A stretch of DNA of 64,000 bases from an uncultured virus (IMG/VR IMGVR_UViG_3300003086_000045) (IMGVR_UViG_3300003086_000045:1-64000); one strand, 5' to 3'; counted from the stretch's first letter, positions 38,728 to 49,407 are shown. A program made the numbers and translations. The notes: generated from the letters alone by a model not told the origin.

Positions 38728-40933
38728 TTTCTACATCCACACCGATTGGACTACCTGCAATAGATAACCCACGATCTTTTTGAGTAAACTCTGCCATTTT
38801 CTTACAGAATATCTCTACTTGATCTTCTCTTACGTGTGCTACAATTGAATCGTGTACTAGAGCAAAGATATCCCCATCAATACCTTCTTCTTTCATCCAA
38901 TTATGGGTTTCAATAGCTGCTAATAGATTGATATCACTAGCCACCGATTGAACTAAGAAATTAATACCTGATCTTATTTCATGAGAAGCAATTCCTTGGT
39001 CTCTAGACTTAACATTAGGTAATCTTCTTTTTCTTCCCAATAATGAGTAAATACTTCCCTTTGCTTTAATTTCTTCTTTAGAAGTATCAAGCCATAGCTT
39101 TAATGTTGGGAATGTTTCAAAGTATTTATTAATAGTATCTTTGGCTTGTTGTATAGAGAAAGGTTTTCCACTATCCTTTGTTACGGTTTGAGATACTTTA
39201 GCTGGGCCACTACCATACATAATTCCGAATGTAATAGCTTTAGCAGCTTGTCTAGCCGTAGGATTATTATTTTTTACATCTTCAACAGCATCTCTTAACC
39301 CGAATACCATTTTAGCAATAGTAGAGTGTAAGTCACCGCCGGTTTTAAATACATTCTGTAATTTAATATCATTACTAAGGACAGAGGCAACATAGACTTC
39401 AGCAGTTGCTAAATCCTGCGATACAATTTTATAACCTGGTAATGCTTTTACACACCCTTTAACAGCAGCATTATCTCTAGGTAATTGCTGCATATTAATC
39501 TTTCCACTACTTGATAATCTTCCTGAAGTAGTAGAAGTTAAATTAAAGCCAGTTCTGATTCTATTATCGGCATCAAGCTCAGGTATAATCTTATCCAAAT
39601 ATGTATTCTTAATTTTAGTTTTTTGTCTTATATCAAGAATTACCCCAGGAATAGCATGCTCAGAAGATAACTGTTTTAATACATCAGCATCAGTAGATTG
39701 AGCACCAGTACCAGTTAATTTACCTGTAGGAGTTAATCCTAAGTAATCAAATAGTAGTACTCTTAGTTGCATTACACTATTTGGGTTAAAAATCTTACCT
39801 TGAGCCTTTTCAAATGCGTGTATCTCAGCATATTCATACAACTTATCTTTAGCTTTAGTAATTTCCCCTTCCATTAGTTTCTGAACTCTTTCTAGTCTAC
39901 CAATATCGAAAGGAATACCATTTTGTTCTACATCTTTTAAGAATATCATACCAGGTACCATAAGTGTTTTATATACCTTCTTTAACGCATCTGACTTCAC
40001 GATTAGATTAGAAAACTTATTGTATAATTCATATGTAACTGCAGTATCAATTGCAGCATACTCAGATAGAATATCGAAAGGAATTAAATCATATGTAAAA
40101 TCTCCTTTCAGTATCTTATGGTCTCTGCAATACTTTACTCTAAATTCATCTAGAGCTTTATCATAATCTCCATAGTCTGTATACTTCATAGCCAATTGTT
40201 TTAGACCATGAGAACCCTGTGTTTCATCCAATACATAATGCATTAGCATAGTATCAGATACTTTAGGAAACTCAAATCCAAAATGATACTCAAGCATCTT
40301 TAAGTCAAACTTAGCGTTATGAAATACTACTAGTCTACTGGAGAACAAAGCTTGCATAAGTCTTTCAGTGTCCTCTCCAATACATTCGGTAGATATGTAA
40401 ACACCTTGTTTACCCTTATGTGAAATGCTAATGCCCAGTACGTAACCGTCTCTCGGGTATAAAGCCGTTGTTTCCGTGTCACATGCAATAAATTTAACTG
40501 CATCATCCTCGAGTACCGATCGAAGATATTCATTTGCCCTTTTTTCATCTGTTATGCCCTCAAAAGTACCAGATACAGTTGGCGGCTTCTCGCCTGCTAT
40601 ATATCCGTGTAGTTTACCCAATGTTTTATCCCAAAGAGGTTTAGCTTCGGGCTTAAAACTTAACATTGCAGGATTAATCATAGGGATAAATTTATCATCT
40701 ACTAGATGCCCTGCAAACTCTGTAACTGAACTTATACCTGCAATATATTTAGCAGCTTCAGAACCGATTAGTACAACAAAATCGTAATCATCGGCACTAA
40801 ACTCTAAGTCAACATCCCTCTTTAGTAATTTTTTTACCTTCACAGAGGACAGGTGATGTTGTTCAAAATCAAAATTGAAAAATCTATCGTATCTAACATT
40901 GTTAGGATTTTTATCTACTACTGCAACTTTCAC
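38672..40933 (-). CDS. Family A DNA polymerase with 3'-5' exonuclease
   Basis: DTETT, HNAKFD, SGRLSS, DL..AE, RQAAKAITFGIMYG, VHDS. Confidence 0.96.
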   Translation of the reverse strand: MKVAVVDKNPNNVRYDRFFNFDFEQHHLSSVKVKKLLKRDVDLEFSADDYDFVVLIGSEAAKYIAGISSVTEFAGHLVDDKFIPMINPAMLSFKPEAKPLWDKTLGKLHGYIAGEKPPTVSGTFEGITDEKRANEYLRSVLEDDAVKFIACDTETTALYPRDGYVLGISISHKGKQGVYISTECIGEDTERLMQALFSSRLVVFHNAKFDLKMLEYHFGFEFPKVSDTMLMHYVLDETQGSHGLKQLAMKYTDYGDYDKALDEFRVKYCRDHKILKGDFTYDLIPFDILSEYAAIDTAVTYELYNKFSNLIVKSDALKKVYKTLMVPGMIFLKDVEQNGIPFDIGRLERVQKLMEGEITKAKDKLYEYAEIHAFEKAQGKIFNPNSVMQLRVLLFDYLGLTPTGKLTGTGAQSTDADVLKQLSSEHAIPGVILDIRQKTKIKNTYLDKIIPELDADNRIRTGFNLTSTTSGRLSSSGKINMQQLPRDNAAVKGCVKALPGYKIVSQDLATAEVYVASVLSNDIKLQNVFKTGGDLHSTIAKMVFGLRDAVEDVKNNNPTARQAAKAITFGIMYGSGPAKVSQTVTKDSGKPFSIQQAKDTINKYFETFPTLKLWLDTSKEEIKAKGSIYSLLGRKRRLPNVKSRDQGIASHEIRSGINFLVQSVASDINLLAAIETHNWMKEEGIDGDIFALVHDSIVAHVREDQVEIFCKKMAEFTQKDRGLSIAGSPIGVDVEIGDDYSFGKFEKQYSELV

Positions 40934-40968
40934 TATCTTCTTCTCCTTTTTTTATTTTCCAAAGAGAT

Positions 40969-40997
40969 ATTATATCGTCTTTTAAGGAAAATGTCAA
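40969..40997 (-). promoter_or_regulatory. Sigma70 promoter
   Basis: TTGACA-N17-TATAAT. Confidence 0.85.
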
Positions 40998-41000
40998 GAC

Positions 41001-41849
41001 TTAATCTTGTTTTAACATATTAATAATGTGATTCACTTGCGTCTGATTAAGCGAACCAGGGTCTAATCCTTCTTCATTCTGTAAACTCATGCTCTCTATA
41101 TCCACAATAAAATCTTCTTCAAGAAGTCTTTTTGCTTCTATTGCGCCTGCTAGTCCAGCTCCATCCCCATCAAACATAACCCATATCTTAGATACACCTT
41201 GAAGTTTTAATGCTCTCATATTCTCTACATTGATATTTTTAACCCCTAGTACTGCTACAGCATTTGGGACTCCTTTATCAATTAAATTTAGAGCATCAAA
41301 TATTCCTTCAACTAAAATTATACTTCCATACACAGTTTTAACTTTCGCTGGGAATAATGGCAGTTCTACATTAGCTGGGCTAATATTATATTTAGGGTCG
41401 GCATTACTGTTTACATATCTACCAATAAATGCCTTAATCCTTCCTGTAATATCTTTTAATGGGAATACTACTCTACCTACATGTTCAGAGTCGTTATGAG
41501 TAAATGCTCCTACACTTATGTAAGTTTCTGCTTTAATATTTCTATAATCTTTATTAAAAGGTACAGAATTAGATGGTATAGATAACCCTATTGAGGATTG
41601 TCTAATTCTACTAATTTTATCTTGTAGCTTCTTTACTTTAATATTCTGCCAATCTCTAGATACATTGTATAGTTTAAATACGTTTCCCTTAAAGCCACAA
41701 CTAAAGCACTGGTAAGACCCAGTTAACTTATCGATGTGCATACTAGGGTTATTATCTTCATGCTCTGGATTTAGACATCTAACTACATAATCCTGCCCTT
41801 TTGGGGTAAAGGATATTCTTCTATCATTTAATAATTCTTCTACATTCAT
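41001..41849 (-). CDS. DNA primase
   Basis: CLNPEH.D..PS...CFSC zinc finger, VEGIFDA, FDGD.AG TOPRIM, DPG. Confidence 0.92.
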   Translation of the reverse strand: MNVEELLNDRRISFTPKGQDYVVRCLNPEHEDNNPSMHIDKLTGSYQCFSCGFKGNVFKLYNVSRDWQNIKVKKLQDKISRIRQSSIGLSIPSNSVPFNKDYRNIKAETYISVGAFTHNDSEHVGRVVFPLKDITGRIKAFIGRYVNSNADPKYNISPANVELPLFPAKVKTVYGSIILVEGIFDALNLIDKGVPNAVAVLGVKNINVENMRALKLQGVSKIWVMFDGDGAGLAGAIEAKRLLEEDFIVDIESMSLQNEEGLDPGSLNQTQVNHIINMLKQD

Positions 41850-41855
41850 ATATTT

Positions 41856-43244
41856 TTACCATGGTAAGTCATCTTTATCTCTAGCACCTGCTTTTCTTTT
41901 TGGAAAAGGAGACGTATCATCATCATCGTCATCTGACTTCTTACTAGGTTTAGGAATATCAACTGGAGAAATCTTTAAAGAATCCCAATCAATAGGAGAG
42001 GTAAACTCAACTTCAGGTCCCGATCTAGTTTTAGTAGATGTTAAAGTTATGGCACCATCTTCTTTAGTATGTGACTCTAATAAGAAGGCAATATCAGGTG
42101 AATCTAATAGTCCTTTGGAAAATCTTGCTTCACCTTTTTTATCAATCTGATAAGGACTTATCATAACTAAATCATGCTTACGACCATACTCTTTTAGCTT
42201 CTTACTTGCAAAGATTTGGCTCTTCCAGTCGTATATATCTCCGATACCAGTATCAACTTGGTTTACATAGTCAACTACACATAGGGTTAAACTATCTCCG
42301 AATTGTGCTTTTAATTTTTGTAACTGTACATCTATAGATGTTAAGCTTAATTCTCTATCATCAATAATTACTATCTGGTTAGCAGGCTTAATGGTACATT
42401 CAGATAATAACTCCTTTTCAAATCTTATTGGGTCTTGGTGTTCCCCATACTTTGTATACGCCTCGTCACTATCCTCGAACATATCTGCTCGCATTTTTAC
42501 TAATTTCTTATATTGTGCTTGACTCAATGTATTCTTTTTAATATCAGAAAAAGGTATCCCTGTTAGCATACTACTAATTCTTTCCATCGTTTCATTGGCT
42601 GTCATCTCAATAGTAAATAGTACCGCCGTATTCCCCATTAAATATTGGTTAGCTACCATGTTTGCACTTACTAAAGATTTTCCAGAGCCTCTTTCTCCAC
42701 CAATCATAATATAATCTTGTCTGAAGGCTCCGCCCCACTCTCCATCGAAAGTGTTATTAATTCCTAAATAAATCTGTTCTTGTTTCTTAGCTTCTATATC
42801 TTTGAATAAACTAAAGTTATCCATAGTTGTGACAACTTCTGCTGTAGAAGTTTGTTCGTCTAACTTCATAACTATTTCAGACAGACTGTGTTTAATATCT
42901 TCAGAGTCCATTAGGGTTACTTTGTCTACATAATCATCAATAAGATTTAAAGCTGTATTTTGAGTATATTGGTCAATTAAAGCATCAATTGCTAAGTCTA
43001 AGTCTATATCTGGTACATCTTCTAAATCTTCTAATGCAACGATATCTTGTCTTAGTACTTCATTTCTTGCTTTAGTGTTTAATTCTTCAAAGTTTGGTAT
43101 ATCATTATAGTCTAAATAATATCGCCTAATCGAAGAATATATAGAGTTATATGCTGAATCGAAAAAAGCTAACTTTATTCTCGCCCAACCATCAAGGCTC
43201 TTTTCATTGACCAGTTTGTGAAGTACAACTGCTCCAATATCCAT
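41856..43244 (-). CDS. Replicative DnaB-like helicase (T5 D6-like)
   Basis: GERGSGKS, FTIEM, VVDY.N, PYQ...ARF.KG.LD. Confidence 0.88.
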   Translation of the reverse strand: MDIGAVVLHKLVNEKSLDGWARIKLAFFDSAYNSIYSSIRRYYLDYNDIPNFEELNTKARNEVLRQDIVALEDLEDVPDIDLDLAIDALIDQYTQNTALNLIDDYVDKVTLMDSEDIKHSLSEIVMKLDEQTSTAEVVTTMDNFSLFKDIEAKKQEQIYLGINNTFDGEWGGAFRQDYIMIGGERGSGKSLVSANMVANQYLMGNTAVLFTIEMTANETMERISSMLTGIPFSDIKKNTLSQAQYKKLVKMRADMFEDSDEAYTKYGEHQDPIRFEKELLSECTIKPANQIVIIDDRELSLTSIDVQLQKLKAQFGDSLTLCVVDYVNQVDTGIGDIYDWKSQIFASKKLKEYGRKHDLVMISPYQIDKKGEARFSKGLLDSPDIAFLLESHTKEDGAITLTSTKTRSGPEVEFTSPIDWDSLKISPVDIPKPSKKSDDDDDDTSPFPKRKAGARDKDDLPW

Positions 43245-43543
43245 TATTCAACCTTTTTCTCATTATCCATAATAACTTGACATAGTTCTTCACCAAGTTT
43301 TCTATGCATTTCCTTCCTAAGTTCATTTAACTTGCTATCATATAATGCTCCTGAATCGTACAGTAACTCCAATTGTTCCTGGGTTATTAGTTGTTGGATT
43401 CCAAAATAAATTAAATCCCAAGGATCATTGCTGCTAGGGTACACTTTAACTTCTGTACCTGGACCATACAAGTGCAGATTACGTCTAACAACTTCATCTG
43501 AAGTTAGACTTTCTATATCAGCGTATTTTATTACCACTTTCAT
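43244..43543 (-). CDS. Hypothetical protein
   Basis: ORF coupled to the helicase; likely start MKVVIK. Confidence 0.55.
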   Translation of the reverse strand: MKVVIKYADIESLTSDEVVRRNLHLYGPGTEVKVYPSSNDPWDLIYFGIQQLITQEQLELLYDSGALYDSKLNELRKEMHRKLGEELCQVIMDNEKKVE

Positions 43544-43560
43544 AATAATCTCCAAACGAA

Positions 43561-43597
43561 AAAATGGGGGATTCAACGTCGTATTGAAGCCCCCAAA
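43561..43597 (-). terminator. Terminator after the D5-like gene
   Basis: GGGGGATTCAA...TTGAAGCCCCC hairpin with a T run on the minus strand. Confidence 0.55.
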
Positions 43598-43611
43598 TTA
43601 TTAACTAATAA

Positions 43612-44352
43612 TTAAGCTGCGGCAGCTGCGTTCTTAGCGGCTTTTTTAGCTCCATCATAGTCTGCACAAGTAACACCACGACGTGTTAACATTGTTTTAA
43701 CACCACGAACAGTCTTTTCAATAGACTCAGCAATTTGCTCTACAGTCATAGCAGAGATATCGCCTAATGCACCTAATGCATCAATTTTAGTTGCAGCACG
43801 AGATTCTTTTTGCTTAGGAATTGAATCAATCTCACCAGCACGTAGGAAAGACAATGCTTTACCACGAACAGAGTTAATTGACTTACCTAATGCGTCTGCA
43901 ATTTCTTCAACGTAGGCAGAGTTACCAACCATTTCTAAGAAAGTTGCTTCTTCTGCAGTAGTATATGTACGTGCTACTTCAACTTTCTCAGCTGGCTTAA
44001 CATTAGCTGTTAACTCCATAGAAAGTAGTTTACCTTGGATACTCTTTGAAGAGTATTTGCCGTCTGCAAATGCTTCAGCAATTTGTGCGTATGTGTATGC
44101 ACCAACATTAGCTTCAACAAAATCACGTAAAGCGATTTCTTCTGTGTCTGTAAATGCTTTTTTAGATACTGAAGATGCTAATTCAACGTCATAACCCATT
44201 TTACGTAGCTTAGAGCTAATAGATCTTGCAGTAGTTTCTAGTGTATCTGCTGCTTCTAATACTGTTGCTTGTGAAATTGGTGTTACATCACCAACATACT
44301 CTACTAATGTGTTTGTACGGTCTTCAGTCCATTTTGGGATATTATTACTCAT
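43612..44352 (-). CDS. DNA-binding protein (T5 D5-like)
   Basis: Repeated HTH units: RSISSKLRKMG, SIQGKLLSMELT, SVRGKALS, RGVKTMLTRRG..CADYDG. Confidence 0.85.
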   Translation of the reverse strand: MSNNIPKWTEDRTNTLVEYVGDVTPISQATVLEAADTLETTARSISSKLRKMGYDVELASSVSKKAFTDTEEIALRDFVEANVGAYTYAQIAEAFADGKYSSKSIQGKLLSMELTANVKPAEKVEVARTYTTAEEATFLEMVGNSAYVEEIADALGKSINSVRGKALSFLRAGEIDSIPKQKESRAATKIDALGALGDISAMTVEQIAESIEKTVRGVKTMLTRRGVTCADYDGAKKAAKNAAAAA

Positions 44353-44378
44353 AATTCTTTTTGTTCCTATTTATTATT

Positions 44379-45140
44379 TTAAATTAAATTAACCAATTGT
44401 TTGATTGTCACAATTGGAATGTTAAGAGATTCGGCCTTTGTTCTCTTACTAGAACTCTTTCCTGTCTCATCTACTAAATAATCTGTATTCTTAGATATTG
44501 AGGTAGTAACTTTAAATCCTAGACTCCTAAGATATTCGCCTGCCTCATTTCTATTTTTAAAATCATCTAACTTTCCCGTTATCACTGCTGTTAAGTCTAA
44601 TACTTCGACAACAGTGTCTTTTTTCTCTGGGGACTTAAATGTAAACGGTAATACATCTAAGTTTCCAACGAACTCTTTGTCTATCCAAGATAGTAGAGAG
44701 TCGCATGCCTTAGGCCCTAACCCAGCATCTGTGCAAGTCTTATGCGTAATGTCATCTATATGATGTACTTTATCTGTGATTTTTCTTGCTGCCGTGCTAC
44801 CGATTAGGTTTATTGAAAAGGCATTGAGTAACTTATCTAAAGACGATTCTTTTGATAGTTCTAGTTGATTCGCTAGTTTAGTACCTAGCTTATCTCCTAT
44901 TACATTAATCATTTCTTGGATAGACAAGTTGTATAGGTCAATAACTGTTGAAATGCCTAGTTTCTCTATCGTCTTCGGTCCGAGTCCTTTTATCTTTAGC
45001 ACCTTTGAAAAATGCTCTAATTTTTTGGAACTTTGCGCCTCACACAATGAGTTTCTACAAAATAACTGGTCTTTCACCAGTTCCAAACTACTACCACAAG
45101 AAGGGCATGAGGTTGGTGGATTAATTGGTTTACATCTCAT
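44379..45140 (-). CDS. NAD-dependent DNA ligase subunit B (Zn finger, HhH, BRCT)
   Basis: CPSCGS...LFCRN..C, IKGLGPKTI, VITGKL...TDYLV BRCT. Confidence 0.88.
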   Translation of the reverse strand: MRCKPINPPTSCPSCGSSLELVKDQLFCRNSLCEAQSSKKLEHFSKVLKIKGLGPKTIEKLGISTVIDLYNLSIQEMINVIGDKLGTKLANQLELSKESSLDKLLNAFSINLIGSTAARKITDKVHHIDDITHKTCTDAGLGPKACDSLLSWIDKEFVGNLDVLPFTFKSPEKKDTVVEVLDLTAVITGKLDDFKNRNEAGEYLRSLGFKVTTSISKNTDYLVDETGKSSSKRTKAESLNIPIVTIKQLVNLI

Positions 45141-45166
45141 AGTTATTCTTTCATTTTATAATAGTA

Positions 45167-45195
45167 ATTATACTTTAAATTCAGCTGAATGTCAA
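45167..45195 (-). promoter_or_regulatory. Sigma70 promoter
   Basis: TTGACA-N17-TATAAT. Confidence 0.85.
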
Positions 45196-45228
45196 GAATT
45201 AAATTTTGTCAGGTAGAGTAAAATTTCT

Positions 45229-46161
45229 TTAAACTCGTTTTACAATCATTGGAATAATCTTTCCACTTCTTATAACCTCAACTCTACACCCAATTTCCAA
45301 ATCTAGACCTTCAATATATGCCATGTTATTCAAAGTTGCCCTTGAAATATTAGCATCATCTATATTAATCGGGTCTAGGATTGCTACGGGGGTAACCTTA
45401 CCACTTTTCCCTGTTTGCCAAACTACATCTAAGAGGGTAGTAATAACACCCTCTTCTCTAGTTTTTAGAGCATAAGCTCCTCTAGGGTGGTGGGAAGTAA
45501 ATCCTAATTCTTCAAATCTAGGGTTGTAATTAACTCGAAATACTTTTCCATCTTCTGGAAACATACTCCAATCACCATTAGTTACTGTATTGAACCCTGC
45601 CGCTTCTAGTATATACATATCATTAATATATGTAGTGGTAGAGGCGGGTTGAGCATTATATGCTATAAAAGTTAGCTCTCTTTTTGAAAACTCATTCACG
45701 TCTTTTAGATTGAGTGCTCCAGCTGCATAGTTTCTAGCATTAGAAATCTCTTTTGGAGCCACTATCTCTCCAGTCACTTGTAAGTCATCCCAGCAAGATA
45801 AATTTAAAGGTATAATACTATCTGGAGACATAAACTTATCAGTAATATCTACTCCTGCTTTACCATCCCCACGAGTAATAACTTTATATAGTTTTCCTCC
45901 TTTATACTGAATAGCAATAGCTGCACCATCCAATTTAGTAGTTTCAATTACTTGACCCCCTAAATCTGGAGCTGTACCCTCACCCTCAAATACTTTTTGA
46001 AGTGAGTATAACGGGAACATATGTTCAACTCTAGCATCTGGGTTATATCCCACTTTCTCGTATTTCTGAGTTTCGGCTAGGTTATCAAATTCTGTATCGG
46101 TTAAAAAAGGCTTACCTTCATAGTAAGCCTTTGCTGCTTCGTCTAGTAATTTATCATTCAT
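45229..46161 (-). CDS. NAD-dependent DNA ligase subunit A (adenylation and OB domains)
   Basis: KLDG, TRGDG..G.DIT, RNYAAG.L, DG.V, G.VTPVA, RATL.N. Confidence 0.92.
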   Translation of the reverse strand: MNDKLLDEAAKAYYEGKPFLTDTEFDNLAETQKYEKVGYNPDARVEHMFPLYSLQKVFEGEGTAPDLGGQVIETTKLDGAAIAIQYKGGKLYKVITRGDGKAGVDITDKFMSPDSIIPLNLSCWDDLQVTGEIVAPKEISNARNYAAGALNLKDVNEFSKRELTFIAYNAQPASTTTYINDMYILEAAGFNTVTNGDWSMFPEDGKVFRVNYNPRFEELGFTSHHPRGAYALKTREEGVITTLLDVVWQTGKSGKVTPVAILDPINIDDANISRATLNNMAYIEGLDLEIGCRVEVIRSGKIIPMIVKRV

Positions 46162-46450
46162 CTGGGTATATATCCTTTAGTATTCCTGAAAAGTGTTTTC
46201 TTATTTGTTCCTTACTCTCTGCTAAAGACAGTATTTCTACTAAGGCTTCGAAAAGTAACCCTGTGCTTACTAAGTTTAGAGGAATAGTTATCCCTTCCTT
46301 AGTAGGCTTCCAGTCCCCTTCAAAGTCAAGATAATATTTACGCATACTAAAATACTCTACACCACGAAACTGTGAAACAGTTACATGAACTTGTAGAAAC
46401 TTATCTGAATCTTCGTAAATTACCTTTTCGTAGAAATCTTCTTCTTCCAT
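46154..46450 (-). CDS. PC4-like ssDNA-binding/transcriptional coactivator protein
   Basis: VSQFRGVEY.S.RKYYLDFEG.WKPT.EGI. Confidence 0.75.
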   Translation of the reverse strand: MEEEDFYEKVIYEDSDKFLQVHVTVSQFRGVEYFSMRKYYLDFEGDWKPTKEGITIPLNLVSTGLLFEALVEILSLAESKEQIRKHFSGILKDIYPDE

Positions 46451-46457
46451 TGAGTTC

Positions 46458-46721
46458 TTACCATGTACGTCCCATTATTGTATTTAATGGTATAACGTTC
46501 TTAATTCGAGTTGGGTCTAACTGCTTATATGAATCAGTATCCCAGCAAAATAATAAAATATTACTTTCTCGTTTTGTTAGTTTATTTGTCTTTGAGCATA
46601 TATACTCATTGTCAAAGTTCATAGTACATATATTATACTTTGTACGGTTAGAAACCGGACTTTTGTGTATAATACATGCATCATTTGCCCCTTCCATGTG
46701 GGCTATAAAGGTTTTTTTATT
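46458..46721 (-). CDS. Conserved T5-like hypothetical protein
   Basis: KYN.CT..FDN.YI...LLFCWDTDSY...V.PL; likely start MNKKTF. Confidence 0.6.
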   Translation of the reverse strand, partial: NKKTFIAHMEGANDACIIHKSPVSNRTKYNICTMNFDNEYICSKTNKLTKRESNILLFCWDTDSYKQLDPTRIKNVIPLNTIMGRTW

Positions 46722-47376
46722 CATTGTTAAGCCTGATACCAAGCTCTTTCAAATGTTTTAGACTACCAAGTTCATACCAAGGTTGATATGCAAATCTAGC
46801 GTTGTTGCCGTATACCCAAATTCTATATACTTTGCCATGTAGTTTGTCTACTTGGGCTAACCCATTATCACTTACTGAGCCCTTAAACTTCGATGAACCT
46901 ACTATTGAAGCAGTTGAATTATACCTTGCAGACCAAACAATCTCTCCTGCGGTATAATCTTCTGTAATAATTTCGTCTGGTATTAGTTCTGGATGAAAAT
47001 AATCAGTACCAATACCTCTAAGAGGCACACTGTTGTTTGTTAATATACTTTTGACAAACCCTGCAGACCTATACATTCTTTTTGATATATCTGCAATTGG
47101 GTCTCCCTCAATATACTCTTGAATAGCACGTTTAGTTTCACTTTCTGTAGCTGATTTACCACGATTGCGTTTCTTCATTTTAGCAATAAACGCTAGGGTT
47201 TCTTCGTACCCTTTTACTATATTATTTAGTCGAGTTGTATTATATGTAATATTTAATATTCTACACGCTTCTTTTTTAGTAATGGGTTTATCTGCTGTTA
47301 ATAAGGATAATACGTACTTTAATGTATTGTCATCTAATTTCTCAGATGCTTTAGCCTTTACACGTCTGCCTGCCAT
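46717..47376 (-). CDS. T5 D2-like protein
   Basis: ITKKEAC.ILNI.YNTTRL..I, I...YRS..FVK.I, GE.VWSARY. Confidence 0.75.
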   Translation of the reverse strand: MAGRRVKAKASEKLDDNTLKYVLSLLTADKPITKKEACRILNITYNTTRLNNIVKGYEETLAFIAKMKKRNRGKSATESETKRAIQEYIEGDPIADISKRMYRSAGFVKSILTNNSVPLRGIGTDYFHPELIPDEIITEDYTAGEIVWSARYNSTASIVGSSKFKGSVSDNGLAQVDKLHGKVYRIWVYGNNARFAYQPWYELGSLKHLKELGIRLNNE

Positions 47377-47379
47377 AAG

Positions 47380-47736
47380 TTAACCCTCGTTAGCTTTAGT
47401 CAGTACACCTGCCATATATTGGGCTGCTTTGCCCGAAAGTTTAGAAATGATATCTGTGTCTGGCTCTTGTCCAGTATCAGAGATTGCGGCAATTAACGCA
47501 TCATGGCTATCTTGCTTAGATACGCGTTTAGTTCCGCTAGTTGATGAAGAAGACTTAGTTGCTGCTTCTTTTTTGATATATACACCTGCTTTGCTAAGAA
47601 TCATTCGTACTCCGTTCTTAGATTGACCTAGTTGGTCAGCGATGTCTCCTACAATCTCCACTGATGTCTCTGCTGTTGGATTTGCATCCTCGTACATTTT
47701 AATTGCTTCTGCTCTACTGTCGTCGTCCCATGCCAT
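47380..47736 (-). CDS. T5 D3-like DNA-binding protein
   Basis: PT.E.S.EIV..IA...NGVRMIL.KAGVY.KK, RVSK, IISKL.GKAA.Y. Confidence 0.8.
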   Translation of the reverse strand: MAWDDDSRAEAIKMYEDANPTAETSVEIVGDIADQLGQSKNGVRMILSKAGVYIKKEAATKSSSSTSGTKRVSKQDSHDALIAAISDTGQEPDTDIISKLSGKAAQYMAGVLTKANEG

Positions 47737-47796
47737 ATGAGTTTCTCCTTTGTTGGTTTAAAATATTTTCTTGAAATTTATCAATTTCAAAAAGAT

Positions 47797-47825
47797 ATTA
47801 TACTTCAATTTAAGGATTTTGTCAA
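47797..47825 (-). promoter_or_regulatory. Sigma70 promoter
   Basis: TTGACA-N17-TATAAT. Confidence 0.85.
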
Positions 47826-47863
47826 GAAGTAATTTAAGCTGTGCAGCTCAATACTCTATATTT

Positions 47864-48331
47864 TTATTTGTAGGTTACTACCTCTATCTCGTCGTCAACT
47901 GCTAATGCTGCAGATATACTTACTGTGGTTCCGTTTGTTGCGGTGAACTCTGACTTTCTTAGCTTCAGTCTATTTATAAATACCATAACAAAATTAGGAT
48001 CATATGTTGTTGCACTACCTACTACCACATAGGAGTATTCTGTAGTAGTAGGGTCTACTACTGTAATAACATCTGACTCTTCATATACATTTAATGAAGT
48101 AGTAGTTATAATATCTTGTAACGTTGAGCCTTCTACACCTGCTTGCCAGGTACTTGTAGCTTCATTGTAGTGAAGTAAAGCATCGGGGGCTGTGCCTCTC
48201 TTTATTCTAAATCCGGCGAAACCGTCGGATGCACCGTTCCCAGTTTCTCCTTGGTTTAACTCTATCTCATTATCTCTGAACTTAAAGCTTTTAGTAGTAA
48301 ATACTACATCAGCCATGAAATTTAATGCCAT
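47864..48331 (-). CDS. Virion-type beta-rich protein
   Basis: DN.I.LN.G...AG..I.RG......W fibre-like segment and V.IN...EFTATNGT.V.......D.IEV domain. Confidence 0.55.
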   Translation of the reverse strand: MALNFMADVVFTTKSFKFRDNEIELNQGETGNGASDGFAGFRIKRGTAPDALLHYNEATSTWQAGVEGSTLQDIITTTSLNVYEESDVITVVDPTTTEYSYVVVGSATTYDPNFVMVFINRLKLRKSEFTATNGTTVSISAALAVDDEIEVVTYK

Positions 48332-48400
48332 ACCTTACCCTTTAGCTTAATTAGTTGATAACCTGTTACTGTATCTTATTATTTACAGTTCTATCCCTAT

Positions 48401-48429
48401 ATTATACAATGGGGTAACCACAATGTCAA
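48401..48429 (-). promoter_or_regulatory. Sigma70 promoter
   Basis: TTGACA-N17-TATAAT. Confidence 0.85.
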
Positions 48430-48454
48430 GGAAAATTTTTTATACCTGAGGGGC

Positions 48455-48482
48455 AAAAAAGCCCGCTATAAAGCAGGCTTTC
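48455..48482 (-). terminator. Terminator
   Basis: AAAAAAGCCCGC-TATAAA-GCAGGCTTT. Confidence 0.6.
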
Positions 48483-48504
48483 GATTTACTCTAAATTGTA
48501 AAGT

Positions 48505-48726
48505 TTACTTACTAGTAAAGATATGGTAAATTACGGCTAATGACGCCAAACCTACGAGACCAGCATTGCCAAGCGCTGCGATGATACCAGTAATTGTGCC
48601 GATAATGTCGCCACCGATGAATGGCACTGTGCCACCAAATATTACTTGTAATACGATTGCTAGTGCGATTAATGCCACACCTGCTTCTGTTCCGGCTTTG
48701 ATCCAGCCTACGATTTTATCTAACAT
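48505..48726 (-). CDS. Small two-helix membrane protein
   Basis: 73-aa hydrophobic ORF with GGAG RBS, its own promoter (48788-48815) and terminator. Confidence 0.7.
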   Translation of the reverse strand: MLDKIVGWIKAGTEAGVALIALAIVLQVIFGGTVPFIGGDIIGTITGIIAALGNAGLVGLASLAVIYHIFTSK

Positions 48727-48787
48727 AAAGTTTTTCTCCGTTTATTAAATTTTGTCTACTTAAATTTATCTACATAGACAATTCACA

Positions 48788-48815
48788 ATTATACCAGACT
48801 AATTAAAATTGTCAA
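48788..48815 (-). promoter_or_regulatory. Sigma70 promoter
   Basis: TTGACA-N16-TATAAT. Confidence 0.7.
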
Positions 48816-49407
48816 GTTAAATTTTTCTTACGTATATGAGTAAAATTTGATGAATACATATATTTGCTCGTCGGCGCGAGCTGAAAATCGTTGACTGCTA
48901 AAGTTTTGACACTAATTGCGATCATGATTGGCATTTTTTCGAAGTTTTCCGGTTAATTGGTCATATTTGCTTTGTACATCTAAATATGCTTTTTCGGCAG
49001 CTATACGTGCCTGCTTTTCTTTACTATACATGTCGATTAGTGACTCTCCACTAATAACTCTGTCGTAAATACCTGAATTTTGTGCCATAAGTTTCATTTT
49101 CCTGTAATATCCTCTCTAAGTAACTCTTTACACATTTCTTCAGCAGATTCCGCAACTGCGAAAGCAGTAACATTATCTTTAGTTAATCTTTGTATCTGTT
49201 TTAGTAATGTTTCTATACCTTTTATCTTAATTTTACATTCTTCAAATGTATGCATACCAATTCCCCTCTTTATTTTATTTTATTTTTTCCATAACTTACT
49301 CCATACTTCTTTGCACCAATATCCTCTATCTTTTTGTGTTAAGTAAACTGCAAAAACAATTATACTCGCTAATAGTATATTTTCTATCATATATTTCTCC
49401 TTAATTG

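Noticed and set aside
44379..46161. Split NAD ligase as a novelty or pseudogene
   Set aside because: A two-gene ligase is normal in T5-like phages.
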